Positions 60,566 through 64,000 of a stretch of DNA of 64,000 nucleotides are shown here, piece after piece. Below the pieces are notes generated by a model, which was not told the DNA's origin, did not search any database, and worked only from the letters and a program-made list of their open reading frames with translations. The DNA is from Candidatus Eiseniibacteriota bacterium (GTDB lineage: Bacteria; Eisenbacteria; RBG-16-71-46; CAIMUX01; VGJL01), in the NCBI GenBank assembly GCA_041946735.1, contig JBHGAY010000002.1:96001-160000 (forward strand). The letters run 5' to 3'. The translations under genes were made by a program, and so were the position numbers. The stretch's first letter is position 1; every line of letters begins with the position of its first letter.

Positions 60566-61439
60566 TCCGCCGCTCCAGGTGCCGCAGCGCCGGTCCGACC
60601 GACGCGATCGAGCTTCCCATCCCCAGCAGAATCGACCCACCCAGGAACAGCAGAATCCAGAGGGGCGGGAAGAAGAGCATCCCCGGCATCGTTTGCGAGA
60701 TCGCGAACCGCAGCAGCGCGGCGAGGCCGAGCGCCGCCGCCGAAGCGAACGCCGCGTGCAGCGAGCCGAGGAGGACGTACGGGAAGCGGATGAAGGCGGA
60801 GGTCGCCCCGACGATCTTCAGGATCCGGATCGTCTCGTGGCGGCCGAGGAAGGCGAGCTTGATCGTGTTCCAGAGGACGATCAGGACGGCGAGGCCGGCG
60901 AGAAGCGCGGCGCCCGCCGTCGCGAAGTAGACGTTGCGCAGTCCCCGCTCGAGCGACTGCACGAACCCGGCGCCGTAGACCACTTCGTCCACGCCTTCGT
61001 AGCTGCCGATCTCGCCCGCCAGCTCCTCGAGGACGCCGGGCCGCCGCGCCGCCTGGGGCGTCAAGCGGATCCGGAAGGCGTGCGAGAGCGGATTCTCGCC
61101 GAGCGCGCCGATGACGTCGACGCCGCCCAGATCCTTCTCGACCTCGGCCAGCGCAACGTCGCGCGAGACGAACGTCACCTCCGACACCTCGCCGAAGCCG
61201 CGGAACGTCTGCCCCAGCTCCTCGATCCGCTCCGGTCCGATCCGGTCGGAGAGGAACACCTCGATCCCCTTGCGCGCCTCGAGGGCGTGGGCGAGCGTGC
61301 GGATGTTGTGTCCGGCCAGCAGGACGACGGCGAGCAGGAAGAGGACGGCGACCAGGGCGGTCAGGCTGGCGAGCGCGCCCGCCCGGTCGCGCGAGGCGAT
61401 CTCCCAGGCCTCCGAGAAGAAGAAGCGGAGCCGGCTCAC
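60543..61439 (-). CDS. ftsX: Cell division permease FtsX
   Basis: TM + periplasmic domain (NPL), NTIKL...I.ILKIVGAT..FIRFP. Confidence 0.9.
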   Translation of the reverse strand: MSRLRFFFSEAWEIASRDRAGALASLTALVAVLFLLAVVLLAGHNIRTLAHALEARKGIEVFLSDRIGPERIEELGQTFRGFGEVSEVTFVSRDVALAEVEKDLGGVDVIGALGENPLSHAFRIRLTPQAARRPGVLEELAGEIGSYEGVDEVVYGAGFVQSLERGLRNVYFATAGAALLAGLAVLIVLWNTIKLAFLGRHETIRILKIVGATSAFIRFPYVLLGSLHAAFASAAALGLAALLRFAISQTMPGMLFFPPLWILLFLGGSILLGMGSSIASVGPALRHLERRSEALTSS

Positions 61440-62128
61440 AGCGCCCTCACCCGCCCGCCCGGGACGTCCCGCACGAGCCTGCCATCCTCCAACGTCACGG
61501 TGCGGCTGGCGAACCGGGTCGCCATCGTCTCGTCGTGCGTCGCGACCAGAACGGTTGCGCCGGAACGGTGCACGCGCCGGAAGAGGTCGAGGATCTCGGC
61601 GGCGGAGGAAGCGTCCAGATTCCCTGTCGGCTCATCGGCCAGGAGGATCCGCGGCTCGTGCACGAGCGCCCGGGCGATCGCCGCCCTCTGCTGCTCGCCG
61701 CCGCTCAGCTGATCGGGGAAGGAGTTCCTCTTGTGGTAGAGGCTGACCTGCGTCAGCAGCCGGAGCACGATCCGCTGCAAGGTCGGCGTATCGAGCACCC
61801 CGGTCATCCGAAGGACGTAGGCGATGTTGTCGAAGACGGTCTTGTCGCGGATCAAGCGGAAGTCCTGGTAGACGACGCCGAGCCTGCGGCGGAGGCGCGG
61901 CAAGTCGCGGTCGCGGATCCGGGCGGAGTCGAACTCGAGGACGCGCACGCGCCCTCGGACCGGCAGTTCCTCCATGGTCACAAGCTTCAACAGGCTCGAC
62001 TTCCCCGCTCCGCTCGGGCCGAGGAGGAAGAGCATTTCGCCCGGTTCGATGGAGATCTGGATGTCCTGGAGGGCGTATTCCTGATGCCCGCCCGGATAGC
62101 GAAGCCAGACGTGCTCGAAGCTGATCAT
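61436..62128 (-). CDS. ftsE: Cell division ATP-binding protein FtsE
   Basis: GPSGAGKS, GVVYQDFRLI, LSGGEQQR, ADEPTGNLD. Confidence 0.92.
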   Translation of the reverse strand: MISFEHVWLRYPGGHQEYALQDIQISIEPGEMLFLLGPSGAGKSSLLKLVTMEELPVRGRVRVLEFDSARIRDRDLPRLRRRLGVVYQDFRLIRDKTVFDNIAYVLRMTGVLDTPTLQRIVLRLLTQVSLYHKRNSFPDQLSGGEQQRAAIARALVHEPRILLADEPTGNLDASSAAEILDLFRRVHRSGATVLVATHDETMATRFASRTVTLEDGRLVRDVPGGRVRAL

Positions 62129-62308
62129 CGGCGCGCTCGGCGGCGGGCTCGCCTGTCGATTGGTCGGCTCTGCGGTGGTCGGATCATCGGTCGCTCCCCC
62201 GTCCCGTCGTACTTCCTGAGGCCCGGCCTCCGCAAGCCCCGATCGCGCGGCGCGGGATTTTTCGACTCGCGCGCAGCCGATCGGCCGCGCCGTGCCTCGG
62301 CTCCGCGA

Positions 62309-62587
62309 TCAGATCCAGGGGTCGTCGAGGGCGCGCCGCCCGATCTCGCGGACCATCTCGCGCGCCTGCACGCGCGAGACCTGTCCGGAGGGCACCTCGA
62401 GGATCTCCACCTCCTGCTCGTAGCGACCCAGCGGATCGCGCCATCGTATCCGATCCCCGGCCCGGATCGTACGAGAGGGACGGGCGACCGAGTCGTTGAC
62501 CCAGACCCGTCCCTCGGTGCAGGCCTTCGTGGCCTGGCTGCGCGTCTTGAAGAGGCAGAGGGCGTGAAGCAGGAGATCGAGTCTCAA
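62309..62587 (-). CDS. S4 RNA-binding domain protein (Hsp15-like)
   Basis: RLDLLL...FKTRSQA..AC..GRV.VN...ARPS; TTG start inferred. Confidence 0.85.
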   Translation of the reverse strand: MRLDLLLHALCLFKTRSQATKACTEGRVWVNDSVARPSRTIRAGDRIRWRDPLGRYEQEVEILEVPSGQVSRVQAREMVREIGRRALDDPWI

Positions 62588-62612
62588 CCCACCCCCGGGG
62601 ACGCGCGCCGGA

Positions 62613-64000
62613 TCACGGGTTCCGGCGCACCTCCACGAACGTCTTGTTGCGAAGCTCGGCGATGTACGCCTCGAGCTTCTTCTGTCTCTCGTCGCGCTCC
62701 ACCATCGCCCGAAGCTGGTCGCGGACCTCGTCGAACGTATAGTCGGTCTCCGCCTGCTCCCCGAGGAGCTTGAAGAGGTGGAATCCTCCCTCGACCTTGG
62801 CCGGGCGACTGATCTGGCCGACCCGCAGCGAATCGACCGCCCCCTGCGTGTCGCCGAGGAAGTTGTCGATCGGCAACCAGCCGACATCGCCGCCGGTCTG
62901 GCGCGTCGCCGGGTCGTCGGAGTACTTCCGCACCGCTTCGGCGAAATCGATCGCCCCCGAGACGATCTCCTTGCGGATCTCGTCGACGCGAGCGCGCGTG
63001 CGCGACTCGTCGCTCCGGGTCGGCGTGATCTTCACGAGGATGTGCCGCACCTGCGCCCAGGCCCCCGAGCTGTCCCGGTCCATGACCTGGATCAGGTGGT
63101 AGCCGAGGTTCGTACGGATCGGACGGCTCACTTCGCCGATCGGGAGCGTGAAGGCGCGCGACTCGAAGTTGCGATCTCCGAGATCGCCGGGACCGAAGCG
63201 GCCGAGCAGGCCTCCCTGATCGCGGCTGTTCTCGTCGTCGGAGTAGCGGCGGGCGGCTTCGTCGAACGCGAGGCCCTTCTGGATCTCCTCGTAGATGTCC
63301 TGCGCCTTCTGGCGGTAGGTGCGCTCGATCGTGCTGTCCGGGCTGATCCGCACGAAGAGGTCGAGCACCCGAAGGGCGCGTGGCTTCTTGCCGATGTCCC
63401 CCTTGTGCTCCTCGAACTGCTTCTGCACGTCGGCGTCGCTGACGACGATCTTCGAGAAGATCTCGCGCTGGAGGAGCTGGCGGCGCAGGTAGTCCTTGCG
63501 GGCTTCGTCGGTGTAGCGCTTGCGGAGATCCGCCTCGGTGATCCCTTCCTTCTGGAGCTGCTTGGCGAAGCCGTCGGCGCCGAGCCGCTGGCGGTCCCCC
63601 TGGATCGCCTCGTCGACCGCGCGCTGGATCGCCGCTTCGTCGACCTTGATCCCCTTCGCCGCCGCCTCCTTGTCGAGGAGCAGCTCGCTGATCATGTTGT
63701 CGAGGATCTGGCGGCGCAGCTCGTTCGCCTGGGACGTGTCGTTCGGATCGACCTGGAACTGAGGGGCGAGCATGCCGAACTGCTCTTCCACCTCGGAGCG
63801 GAGGATCGGATGATCTCCCACGACCGCCGCCACACCGTCCGCCACCTTCGCGGGCGCCCCAGCCGTCCCGGCCACACCTGCAGCGCCGGCCGCCGGCGCG
63901 CTCTGGGGCTGATTCCCCGCCTGAGCCTCGCCGTCGGACGGCAGCGACAACAGGAAACCAGCCGCCGCCAGCAAGGCGATCCCGAGGAAACTCCGGGACC
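62613..64000 (-). CDS. surA: SurA-like periplasmic chaperone/peptidyl-prolyl isomerase (true start probably beyond the window edge)
   Basis: DGVAAVVG, SurA N-domain, two parvulin domains (F.EAAR.YSDD, GG.LG, GYHLI, HIL). Confidence 0.88.
   Translation of the reverse strand, partial: SRSFLGIALLAAAGFLLSLPSDGEAQAGNQPQSAPAAGAAGVAGTAGAPAKVADGVAAVVGDHPILRSEVEEQFGMLAPQFQVDPNDTSQANELRRQILDNMISELLLDKEAAAKGIKVDEAAIQRAVDEAIQGDRQRLGADGFAKQLQKEGITEADLRKRYTDEARKDYLRRQLLQREIFSKIVVSDADVQKQFEEHKGDIGKKPRALRVLDLFVRISPDSTIERTYRQKAQDIYEEIQKGLAFDEAARRYSDDENSRDQGGLLGRFGPGDLGDRNFESRAFTLPIGEVSRPIRTNLGYHLIQVMDRDSSGAWAQVRHILVKITPTRSDESRTRARVDEIRKEIVSGAIDFAEAVRKYSDDPATRQTGGDVGWLPIDNFLGDTQGAVDSLRVGQISRPAKVEGGFHLFKLLGEQAETDYTFDEVRDQLRAMVERDERQKKLEAYIAELRNKTFVEVRRNP

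Overview
A very GC-rich bacterial chromosomal segment, densely packed with about 54 mostly housekeeping and envelope genes. No transposase, integrase, phage, rRNA, tRNA or CRISPR element is visible. Secreted proteins with FlgD-Ig-type C-termini, a PorV-like barrel and DUF4159/DUF4175 genes suggest an FCB-group diderm such as Ca. Eisenbacteria or Latescibacterota (inference). Recognisable genes include a sigma54 two-component pair, etfAB, alr, speA, lepB, glnA, nnr, secDF, clpC, rsmA-tatD-ricT-holB, envC-ftsXE and surA. The most striking unexplained element lies in the intergenic gap 24122-24858: a ~305-nt, heavily base-paired minus-strand RNA-like structure (24159-24464). Its 5' end coincides with the predicted +1 of a sigma54 (-24/-12) promoter, and a palindromic enhancer-like site lies ~210-230 bp upstream. 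It is a candidate novel sigma54-controlled ncRNA. Other points of interest are a 42-bp degenerate tandem array, T9SS-like cargo and PorV genes, a DUF4159-DUF4175-TPR envelope operon, and a barrel plus two-lipoprotein module upstream of secD. Most long ORFs in the supplied track are antisense or shadow frames caused by high GC. All family assignments come from motif recognition by eye, not database searches.
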